Below, piece by piece: positions 24,739-32,574 of a stretch of 37,920 nt of DNA. The DNA comes from a phage: NCBI GenBank assembly GCA_033178465.1, contig GCA_033178465.1_4726.4; one strand, given 5' to 3'. The translations under genes were made by a program, and so were the position numbers. Numbering within the stretch: position 1 is the stretch's first letter; each line of letters starts with the position of its first letter. The notes below the pieces were generated by a model. The model was not told the origin of the DNA. It searched no databases and saw nothing but the letters and a program-made list of their open reading frames with translations.

Positions 24739-25248
24739 TTACCCCATGTAACGTTTTTGGCCGAGGATGAAGACTTTGTTAAATACCACCGAAGTGATTC
24801 CTGTTGCGTTACAGCTCACCTGCCCGACGCGAATTGCTGTTGATGTATCGACCCCAGCGCTACTCTGCCAGATCCAATCGATCGATCCGTCTTTCTGACG
24901 AATGAAAAGATAACCGGTTTTGTTCGCCCAGTCGGAAGTAAGTTTTTTGATGTCTAGCGTTCCTTTCGCCAGAATATAGTCGGTACCCGCAATCATGACG
25001 GGTATTTCAGGATACGAGATCACCGTACCGCTAGCAGTAACGTTGCTGATGCGATCACTACGAATATCGGTACAATCACCGAAATACGCTACGGGGAGTA
25101 TCCCCTTAGGTAGCTTTTTGCCGATTCTCGTATCGATCGTGTTTTTATCGGGTGCATCGATTTGTGCTGCGGTGACTTGGTTAGGGTTATCCTTCCTTGC
25201 GTACCATGTCGTCATGCGAGCACCCAATTCACTCATTTTTGTGCCCAT
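24739..25248 (-). CDS. Small fibre-associated protein (about 169 aa) with N-terminal DNPNQVTAAQ motif
   Basis: Track ORF begins at GTG 25254; ATG 25248 has AGGA upstream; N-terminus MSELGARMTTWYARKDNPNQVTAAQID. Confidence 0.55.
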   Translation of the reverse strand: MGTKMSELGARMTTWYARKDNPNQVTAAQIDAPDKNTIDTRIGKKLPKGILPVAYFGDCTDIRSDRISNVTASGTVISYPEIPVMIAGTDYILAKGTLDIKKLTSDWANKTGYLFIRQKDGSIDWIWQSSAGVDTSTAIRVGQVSCNATGITSVVFNKVFILGQKRYMG

Positions 25249-25261
25249 TTTCACATCCTAT

Positions 25262-25300
25262 CGAAAAATAAAAAGAAGGAAAGGTGGGTAGAACCCACCC
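25262..25300 (-). terminator. Rho-independent terminator after tail-fibre gene 25306-27459
   Basis: Stem GGTGGGT / ACCCACC with short loop; on the minus strand it is followed by a long T-rich tract (complement of 25262-25282). Confidence 0.7.
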
Positions 25301-25305
25301 ATCCG

Positions 25306-27459
25306 TTATAACGTTTCGAAGTCGGTTGCTTTGATAACCGCGTTGAAGTTGGCAAGGAATTCCTTAAGCAGTGCTTGGAAGACATCACGAAACGCCGTGT
25401 TCGTCTGCAAGCTGGTTAAATAATCGTTCTTAAGGTAATCACTCAGCTTACCGATCTTCTGCATCTTCTCGCCGTCTTGGTTCTCTCCAGGTTCTTGGCT
25501 GTTGATGTTAACCCATTTGATCCCTTCGAGATCGCCATCGGCAAGGAAGTTAGCGGGCGTCTCATCGTCGTTCAGGATTTTAATTGTGTCGCTGGATTCA
25601 ATGCCACCGTAAGCTTCCAGAAGCTGGTTGACTGTTAGCGTGTTGGTGTTGATTGAACCATTGACACCATCAATACCGATGCCTGCACCTGTGATGGATG
25701 TCGCCGAAAGATCGATCGGTCCGGTTAACTTACCACCGTTGATCGGTAACGCACCAACTTGCTCAGCGGTGTGGGTGTGGTTGGCTAACGCCGCAAATGC
25801 CACAATTGACTTGTAAGTCGAGTACGGTGTCATGTACGTCGTTTGGTTAGTCTTGTCGGCAGCTTGCGTGTCGGTGGCGACAGTAAAGTCCTGCACGTTC
25901 CCCAGACCAACTTGAGCCTTGGTTACACCATGGGGGTTGCTCTTATCGACAACGTGTGCTGCAAAACCATCACCTGCTAAAGCGATGATTGCCGCTTTTG
26001 TCGCAGCCGGTGTCATATAGCGGTTGGTTGCTTCACCCGTTTGCGCCTCTTCGTCGGAAGCAACAGGATAGTTCTCAACGCTCCCCAAACCGACCTGAGA
26101 TTTTGTTACTTGGTGTGGGTTTTCGGTATTCGCGATATGACTACTGAACCCTTGACCAGCCAGTTGCTCGATTGCGTAACGAACAAGTATTGGCGTCATG
26201 TACTTGTTGTTAACCTGACCATCGATAGCTTCTTGGGTGGTGGCAACCCCGAAGTTTTGCACGCTCCCCAACCCAACTTGAGCTTTCGTAACAGCGTGGG
26301 GGTTATTGGTGTTACCGATGTGATCGGTAACCGTTGGGGTGATTAATCCTGCGATAGCGGCTGCCGTGGTCGCAGGGGTCATGTATTTATCGTTAGCAAC
26401 ACCCGCAGCAGCTTCTACGTTAGATGCTACACCGTAGTTCAATACATTTCCTAACCCAACTTGAGCTTTGGTTACCCCGTGGGGGTTGTTCTTGTCTCCG
26501 GTATGGGTTGTCAACGTAGCGTTAACGTTATCGATACGCGTGCTTAAGCCATCGGTGATTGCTTTGATTGCGGCTCGTACACCCGCTGGTGTCGTGTACA
26601 GATTGGTGGCCGTACCGGTAATGGTTGCATTACTATCGGCTGTACCGTAGTTCTCAACGTTTCCGAGTCCCACCTGGGCTTTAGTTACCTTGTGTGGGTT
26701 GTTGTAGTTGCTGATGTGCGCAGCAGCACTATCACCACTCAGGTTAGCGATCATCTTACGCGTCATCGCCAACGTCATGTACAGATTTTCACCGATGGTT
26801 TCCAGATCGCTCTCGGTCGCCGTTGTGAAGTTCTGAACATTCCCCAATCCAACTTGAGCCTTGGTTACACCATGGGGGTTATCGCGACGATTCTCGTGTT
26901 GTAGCAATGCGGTCATTGCTTTATTGAACCCTTCTTCAAGCGGTTCTTTCAATGATTCGATTGCCGCCACCACATCGTCCCACGTCATTGTGTCGGTTTC
27001 GACATTATGTTGGTGGTTGATTGGCGGGAATACGGAAGGAACGTCAGCAACCTTTTCCCAGAACGTAACGCGGGGATCGTAAAGGTTGTTGGCTAAAACG
27101 TTAAGAATTTGTTGTTGATCAAGTGTAAACTCACCCCCCAGTGAATAGTAGTTCAGTTGCAACTGTCCACTGAATGCGGTGTCCAACAGCATGATGGAAC
27201 CGTATAATTCCAGGCCGGTCAGCGCAGCCATGGCACGGAAGGGGTGAGTGCATAAAAAGTCAACGCCTTCTTCCAGATACGCGTTTGTTTCAGGGTTGTA
27301 GATCTTTAACCCATTACGAAAATATGGCGCGTATTTAGGAACGAGAAAGTTAAATCCGGTCCCCGTGGAAGGACGGACAGTGACGAGTTCTTCTGGAACC
27401 CATGCGCCATCCAAATTCCCCTGCGGGTTATACGGAAGGCGTTTAATTTCATCTGTCAT
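25306..27459 (-). CDS. Tail fibre protein with about six tandem 61-aa repeats (717 aa)
   Basis: Six repeats with core NPHxVTKAQVGLGNVxN...YMTP; N-terminal domain similar to gene 19571-21619; no S74 domain at the C-terminus. Confidence 0.75.
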   Translation of the reverse strand: MTDEIKRLPYNPQGNLDGAWVPEELVTVRPSTGTGFNFLVPKYAPYFRNGLKIYNPETNAYLEEGVDFLCTHPFRAMAALTGLELYGSIMLLDTAFSGQLQLNYYSLGGEFTLDQQQILNVLANNLYDPRVTFWEKVADVPSVFPPINHQHNVETDTMTWDDVVAAIESLKEPLEEGFNKAMTALLQHENRRDNPHGVTKAQVGLGNVQNFTTATESDLETIGENLYMTLAMTRKMIANLSGDSAAAHISNYNNPHKVTKAQVGLGNVENYGTADSNATITGTATNLYTTPAGVRAAIKAITDGLSTRIDNVNATLTTHTGDKNNPHGVTKAQVGLGNVLNYGVASNVEAAAGVANDKYMTPATTAAAIAGLITPTVTDHIGNTNNPHAVTKAQVGLGSVQNFGVATTQEAIDGQVNNKYMTPILVRYAIEQLAGQGFSSHIANTENPHQVTKSQVGLGSVENYPVASDEEAQTGEATNRYMTPAATKAAIIALAGDGFAAHVVDKSNPHGVTKAQVGLGNVQDFTVATDTQAADKTNQTTYMTPYSTYKSIVAFAALANHTHTAEQVGALPINGGKLTGPIDLSATSITGAGIGIDGVNGSINTNTLTVNQLLEAYGGIESSDTIKILNDDETPANFLADGDLEGIKWVNINSQEPGENQDGEKMQKIGKLSDYLKNDYLTSLQTNTAFRDVFQALLKEFLANFNAVIKATDFETL
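25880..26930 (-). repeat. Tandem in-frame repeats, about 180-190 bp period, 6 copies (tail-fibre repeat)
   Basis: Recurrent plus-strand block at about 25888, 26075, 26253, 26438, 26650 and 26830; source of the repeated antisense pseudo-ORFs in the track. Confidence 0.75.
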
Positions 27460-27491
27460 GATGCGCCCTTTACAAGTTGTTAGTAAGTATG

Positions 27492-27509
27492 GGATACCCT
27501 GGGGTATCC
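27492..27509. promoter_or_regulatory. Near-perfect palindrome GGATACCC-TG-GGGTATCC in divergent intergenic region
   Basis: 8-bp arms; related to the perfect palindrome at 12994-13013; lies between the divergent starts at 27459 and 27564. Confidence 0.35.
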
Positions 27510-27563
27510 TGTGTTAACAGCGGTAAAATATTACTGTAACTATAAAATAAGGGGGCCTCTCCC

Positions 27564-28844
27564 ATGTATACATTGGTAAAAACTTACGGATTACCCGTAG
27601 GTTCTGGCACGGCCTGGACAGCGCTTGAGGCGGGTGAAAGTGTCCTGAGTACGTTGTTCTCAACGTATCAAAAACTCAAGATCCAGGTCCATGAAAGTTA
27701 TGCTGATCAGCAACAAGTTATTGATCTGTACGCGTTCCAATCCGAGCTTCAAAACAGTAGCGATACGCTTAATGCGTGGCTGAAGGCGAAATCGGATGCG
27801 CACACCAACCTTCGAGGACAGCCTGGTGAACTGTCGATTAAAACCCACAAGCTTTATTGCCATGACGTTGTTACTGTAGGCTTTCTCCCTAAAGTCGGTA
27901 ATAGCGGTTATCATCCGAGCAACGCGATCCCTGAGTCGGAACGCACCGATATCCTGTTGACGAAAGCGAATACGAATTACGAAAATATCGGCAAACACTG
28001 CTTGTTCACCGTAGGCGGTTATGTTCATCCTCACGTCTACGGTAAAGACGTTGGTGTCTATATCCAAGGTGGGTTCAAGACGGCACAGCGTAGCCAAGAA
28101 AACGATATCGGCATGATTGATTTTAGCCGTATCGGGAGTTTGGAAATCCATGCTATCACAGAAGAGATGATTGCTGATTCCACGAAGCTCTTGCCGTATA
28201 AGGACGAGATGTACTTGCGGTTACCGCGAAAGGTCGCCGAAGATGAAACCGTCGCGCTGGTGTTCGGGGGATATTTACATCTTCTTGACGATTGTTACAC
28301 GATCGTTAGTGACACGACAGCGAAAATAAACTGCATTAACATGTTTCTTTATGAAAGATACTTCCGTTCCCGCAAATACCTTGATCTAACATCTCTTGGT
28401 ATTCTGTTGACTGAGGAAGACCCACAGTCCGACATTGTTGCCAATCGTTTATTGTCCGATAAAGCATTAAAAGCGTGGGTGACGCATCCTTGCAGTTTCT
28501 GGGTGTATATCAAAGCAACATCAATTCAGGTTACACAAGAACCTTTGCCACGAAGTGGTGTACCAGGACAATATTTCTTAGGTAAGAAACCGGAAGGATT
28601 GATTCGAGCTGATCTCGGCGAGTTACCGGCTTACGTGCAGACCTATGAAAAACCGTTATGGGTACTTCACTCGCGCTGGGGACTTCGTAAAAACATGCTG
28701 TTTGAAAACACATTGTACAAACATACCCGCGTTAAGCGGCTTAACGATACGCCTTATCTTCACCAGGTCTGGTTGGAAACGCATGCAACGTTGCAGACAG
28801 TACACAAGCTTGAATTGATCGATTCCAGTCAGAAAAACAAATAA
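27564..28844 (+). CDS. Hypothetical protein (426 aa), lone plus-strand gene inside the structural block
   Basis: ATG 27564 with AGGGGG about 9 nt upstream; no motif recognised. Confidence 0.6.
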   Translation: MYTLVKTYGLPVGSGTAWTALEAGESVLSTLFSTYQKLKIQVHESYADQQQVIDLYAFQSELQNSSDTLNAWLKAKSDAHTNLRGQPGELSIKTHKLYCHDVVTVGFLPKVGNSGYHPSNAIPESERTDILLTKANTNYENIGKHCLFTVGGYVHPHVYGKDVGVYIQGGFKTAQRSQENDIGMIDFSRIGSLEIHAITEEMIADSTKLLPYKDEMYLRLPRKVAEDETVALVFGGYLHLLDDCYTIVSDTTAKINCINMFLYERYFRSRKYLDLTSLGILLTEEDPQSDIVANRLLSDKALKAWVTHPCSFWVYIKATSIQVTQEPLPRSGVPGQYFLGKKPEGLIRADLGELPAYVQTYEKPLWVLHSRWGLRKNMLFENTLYKHTRVKRLNDTPYLHQVWLETHATLQTVHKLELIDSSQKNK

Positions 28845-28854
28845 CCAAACATAA

Positions 28855-28886
28855 CCCTCCTCCAACCCGTAAGGGAAGGAGGAGGG
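28855..28886. terminator. Conserved hairpin at convergent gene junction (loop AACCCGTAAGGGAA)
   Basis: Stem CCCTCCTCC / GGAGGAGGG (9 bp); 14-nt loop identical to the one at 4094-4107. Confidence 0.45.
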
Positions 28887-28895
28887 AATATGCTG

Positions 28896-29801
28896 TTATG
28901 CTACATATAACGTTAGATAACCATCGATGAGCGTATTCATCACACTGAGTTGGAGTACGACAGCTTTACTAACATCCGTACGTACACCGAACGGTAGTGT
29001 TTTGAATTGCTCTGGATCGGCTATTACTTGCGCATTCTGCAAGTTGAGCGGTCCAGGCACTGCTGACAGTACCCAGCGATCGTTGACCATAAGGCCGTCG
29101 ATCTCTTCAGAGAGACCCAATTGCAGTGTGTTCATTTCTGCGATTAGTGCCTCCGATTGCGTATCGCCCGAGGTTAACGTATATCCATCGGTAAGTGATG
29201 CCAGAACACCAGCAGATACGAACCAGTTGTACGAAACAATAGCGCCTGGGAGTTTACTGCTATCTCGATCGATGATATAATTCAACCCAGCCAACATATT
29301 GTTGCGAACGAGGTTGTTGAGGTCGTTATGTCCTGAGGTTAACTCAACAAGTAACTGACCAACCCATACTTGGTTACCGGGTTTAGGTGTTATCACAACC
29401 TGTATCGGTGACTTGGACTTATCCAGATCCGCGTCGACAATCTCGGTTTTGTTGAGAAGGATACCGTACGTCGATGCTAAGACAGGTAATATCTCAGAGA
29501 CCTTGGTTAATGCATCTAAGGTTTCGATCTCGATGGGCCAGTGGTGCTGTCCGCCAGACCAAGTACCCAGTTTACCAAGATCGATGCGGTTATAATAGAT
29601 GTCGACAGAGTTCACCAGCCCTGAACCCGGTTGGGGATGCACGGTTAACTTGCTGTTACGCTTGTACCCTGTGCTTTCAGAAGCTTCACCGATAACCAGT
29701 TTATCCAGCGTTACGCCTCGAGCATCGAAATCGCTATGCTTTCGAATCAGCCGAAAGAGGATTTCTTTCGATTCTAACCCCAGGATTTCACTGTACTCCA
29801 T
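28896..29801 (-). CDS. Paralog-family protein (301 aa), probable structural
   Basis: ATG 29801 with AAGGGG upstream; family motifs YYNRIDLG, LASTYGILL and VWVGQLLV. Confidence 0.65.
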   Translation of the reverse strand: MEYSEILGLESKEILFRLIRKHSDFDARGVTLDKLVIGEASESTGYKRNSKLTVHPQPGSGLVNSVDIYYNRIDLGKLGTWSGGQHHWPIEIETLDALTKVSEILPVLASTYGILLNKTEIVDADLDKSKSPIQVVITPKPGNQVWVGQLLVELTSGHNDLNNLVRNNMLAGLNYIIDRDSSKLPGAIVSYNWFVSAGVLASLTDGYTLTSGDTQSEALIAEMNTLQLGLSEEIDGLMVNDRWVLSAVPGPLNLQNAQVIADPEQFKTLPFGVRTDVSKAVVLQLSVMNTLIDGYLTLYVA

Positions 29802-29816
29802 TTAACACCCCTTAGG

Positions 29817-30701
29817 TTACGGTAGGATTTCTGCGCCCGTCGGGCCTGCCTTACGAGCTTCCAACGCACCAAGGTCGTATTTCAATGTCAGCGTATCGTT
29901 GGTAGTATAAAGGTTGTGGTAAGTCGAAATCAGATCGGTAACCTGCGCACCGACGATTTCGTTCATGTCGAAGGCCGAACCTTGACCATCATCAGCACGA
30001 ATGATTTTATCGCCCGCAGAGACCATCCCAATTTCAGAAATAACCGCGTACTCTTCACCACCTTCGGTGAGTTTAGCCACATTGAGATATTCGTTAATAT
30101 CCCACGGCGTCCAAACCAAAGAGACTTTACAGCTGTAGTCGTAGTACTCTCCGGTCGCTACCAGAATTCCGGTTGTTGGAATATCTGGTCGGGTGGGGTT
30201 GAGGTTTGCGTCGGTTGGATGCCATTCGATGGTCTGAGCGACGCCGTCGACGTATTTGGTATAACGCATGGAGCGGACAACGTTATCGAAATCGATGCGA
30301 CGACCGTAATAACAGATATACTTTTTACCGCTTTCCAGTGTCTCAATACGACGTAACCCAAATTTAGCGCGTTCGTCTGTGGTCAAATCGTTACCAACTT
30401 CACGCATCACGAACGGCTTGATTTTCCACGGTGAAAGATCGCTTGCTTCGTGAGCGATCGGCATCGAGGAAGGGATACCGTTAGCGTTGCGGATAAATTC
30501 ATGACCTTGGTTGCCGATACAGAAGTAACGTACAGCAGGATTACCCTCGGGGTAAACCTTTGATTGAATCTGAAGCTTTTCATTCAAGGTGCTGTGTTCT
30601 TCCCATGCATGAGGAAGACCGAGCGTAAGGTTAGTTTGTACTTGACCGCCGATAATCGTACGGACGATACGATCGGTAGCACGGATTTGTGTAGAAGCCA
30701 T
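29817..30701 (-). CDS. Hypothetical protein (294 aa), possibly a divergent member of the paralog family
   Basis: ATG 30701 with AGGAAA upstream; weak family-like motifs YYGRRIDFDNV and VSLVWTPW at similar spacing; membership uncertain. Confidence 0.55.
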   Translation of the reverse strand: MASTQIRATDRIVRTIIGGQVQTNLTLGLPHAWEEHSTLNEKLQIQSKVYPEGNPAVRYFCIGNQGHEFIRNANGIPSSMPIAHEASDLSPWKIKPFVMREVGNDLTTDERAKFGLRRIETLESGKKYICYYGRRIDFDNVVRSMRYTKYVDGVAQTIEWHPTDANLNPTRPDIPTTGILVATGEYYDYSCKVSLVWTPWDINEYLNVAKLTEGGEEYAVISEIGMVSAGDKIIRADDGQGSAFDMNEIVGAQVTDLISTYHNLYTTNDTLTLKYDLGALEARKAGPTGAEILP

Positions 30702-30717
30702 GTCTTTTCCTATTTAA

Positions 30718-31569
30718 TCAGTTGTATTGCATCAACAGGATACCGCCGTAGTTCGTGCAGTAATCTTGGCTAAGCGTAACGATAACAGCGTTAGCAAACG
30801 CAGGGTTAACAGGATAACCCTGTGCGATAAGTTCTGTTGTTTTACCGGTCGCGAGCACGGTGGCTCCGTAAAGGTTGTTTTCGTCTTCACGGCCGTTATA
30901 AACCCATGGGGTTGGTGCAACGTTGTTGAATAAGCTAACCAATGCGCTTAAGTTACCGCCAACTTTTAACCCAGCAAGATCGGAACGGATCGCCGTACAG
31001 TCTATAGCGTAACTGTAGACCAGTGCTTGGATACGATTTGCGGTGTAGTACGGGAAATTGAGACCGGTCATCACCGAAGTCTTCATCATCCCCGCAATAT
31101 CGTGGGCACTATCGAGGAGATAGAACGTAACACTTCCCGTCCAAGCCAATCCGGTTGTTTTCAACTCTACGGTGTGAGGGAACGGATATTCATCACCTCG
31201 TACAATCGGAGAATCGACGCAGCTATCCTGATCGATAACGATTCCGTACGTTGATTGAATCAGAGGGATAAGATCGTGCGTCGTTTTAACCCCAGCATCG
31301 ATAGCAAGCTTCGGTTCCATTCCCAAGAAGAAGTCTTGAATAGGGATACGATCGTACCACACGTAGCTGCTTTCACGGTATTGTGCTGGTGTTACTGTTG
31401 CCGAAGGCGATACCTTAGCGCGTGTGTTCCGTTTATACGCATGGTTTCCGTTTTCAGCAACATCCGTGATATCAAGTGCATCGAAGTTAAAGTCGAAGTC
31501 AGGATTGGCCGCCTGAATAAGTTCAGCGACCAGTACTTTAGGACTTTTGTTTAACAATTTCTGACTCAT
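30718..31569 (-). CDS. Paralog-family protein (283 aa), probable structural
   Basis: ATG 31569 with AAGGAA upstream; motifs WYDRIPIQDF, LIQSTYGIV, GLAWTGSVTF and DYCTNYGG. Confidence 0.65.
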   Translation of the reverse strand: MSQKLLNKSPKVLVAELIQAANPDFDFNFDALDITDVAENGNHAYKRNTRAKVSPSATVTPAQYRESSYVWYDRIPIQDFFLGMEPKLAIDAGVKTTHDLIPLIQSTYGIVIDQDSCVDSPIVRGDEYPFPHTVELKTTGLAWTGSVTFYLLDSAHDIAGMMKTSVMTGLNFPYYTANRIQALVYSYAIDCTAIRSDLAGLKVGGNLSALVSLFNNVAPTPWVYNGREDENNLYGATVLATGKTTELIAQGYPVNPAFANAVIVTLSQDYCTNYGGILLMQYN

Positions 31570-31579
31570 TGTTTATTCC

Positions 31580-32515
31580 TTAGCCTTGTTCTTCTGGAGA
31601 ACGACCCTGGAGGCTTGCGGTATGTCCGTCGACGTTGTAATAGAAAATCAATGGACCGCCGACGGCAGTACAGTAGTTTTCATCCAGACCGATCTCGATA
31701 CCGTATTGGTAACCTGCTCGTGCTGGAATACGTCCGCCTAACTCGCCGTTGAAAGCCACTTTAGCGTTATACAGGTTATACGGTGCGATGTTGTCGTCTA
31801 ATACCCAACGATCGGCGGTCATTTCAGCCAGAAGATCGGCGACCACCACATCGCTAATGACCGTACCTGTTACCAGCGAAGCCAGCAGTTCACCGTAATC
31901 AGAAGTATCACGACTGTAACTGTAGATCTCACCGCTGGCACGTACGCCTTGACCGAAGAACTTAAGACCGTCCAGTTCCTTGATTGCGATAATATCATCA
32001 AGATTCGGTACACGCGACTTCATCAAGATACGAACACTTCCCGTCCAAGCCAGGCAATTAGATGCGACACGAAGCAATTGTCCGTTAACGGTATCCCAGT
32101 TAAGTTCGTCGTTGACAATTTCTTCTGCGGTAAGGCCGAGACCGAAACGTTCTTTGATGATAGGCCAGATATCACGCATCTTGGTGGCGTCTGGTGCATC
32201 GATAAGAATAGGTGCTACGTTACGCAGATACGCACCGATGTTAATACGATCGTAATACAGCGTCGTCGAACCTTCGTAATCGTCTAACTCAGTAAGCTTA
32301 GCGGTTGCTGTCGCCGTAATCTGGGTGTCGCGCTCGTAGGCGCTTTGGTTGGTGGTTGGTGTTCCTAAAACCAATAATTCAGGGGTTAGAACATGCTCTC
32401 CGTTCTGAGGTGGGTTATCGTGGTTGATAAGACCATACACGAGATCGGATGAGGGTAAAGAGACGTCGACCGGGTAAAGTTCGGTGTCGTCAATAGTTGT
32501 TACCGTATCACTCAC
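31580..32515 (-). CDS. Paralog-family protein (311 aa), probable structural
   Basis: GTG start at 32515 with strong GAGGAGG 5 nt upstream; motifs YYDRINIG, IKERFGLGL, LAWTGSVRI and NYCTAVGG. Confidence 0.65.
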   Translation of the reverse strand: MSDTVTTIDDTELYPVDVSLPSSDLVYGLINHDNPPQNGEHVLTPELLVLGTPTTNQSAYERDTQITATATAKLTELDDYEGSTTLYYDRINIGAYLRNVAPILIDAPDATKMRDIWPIIKERFGLGLTAEEIVNDELNWDTVNGQLLRVASNCLAWTGSVRILMKSRVPNLDDIIAIKELDGLKFFGQGVRASGEIYSYSRDTSDYGELLASLVTGTVISDVVVADLLAEMTADRWVLDDNIAPYNLYNAKVAFNGELGGRIPARAGYQYGIEIGLDENYCTAVGGPLIFYYNVDGHTASLQGRSPEEQG

Positions 32516-32574
32516 GGTGACCTCCTCGCCGGGAATTAGATAAAAAAGACTTTACGATTTGCTGCGCTATCACG

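Noticed and set aside
25880-26930. Possible CRISPR array suggested by regularly spaced repeats
   Set aside because: The repeat period is about 183 bp, the repeats are imperfect and in frame within a long ORF encoding a recognisable protein repeat, and there are no short exact direct repeats with unique spacers
26041-27082. Plus-strand ORFs 26041-26346, 26468-26650, 26692-26904 and 26861-27082, some with similar N-termini (MVTPWGL...)
   Set aside because: They are antisense to the tail-fibre gene 25306-27459 and arise from its 180-190 bp tandem repeats; they have no RBS and a repeat-driven composition
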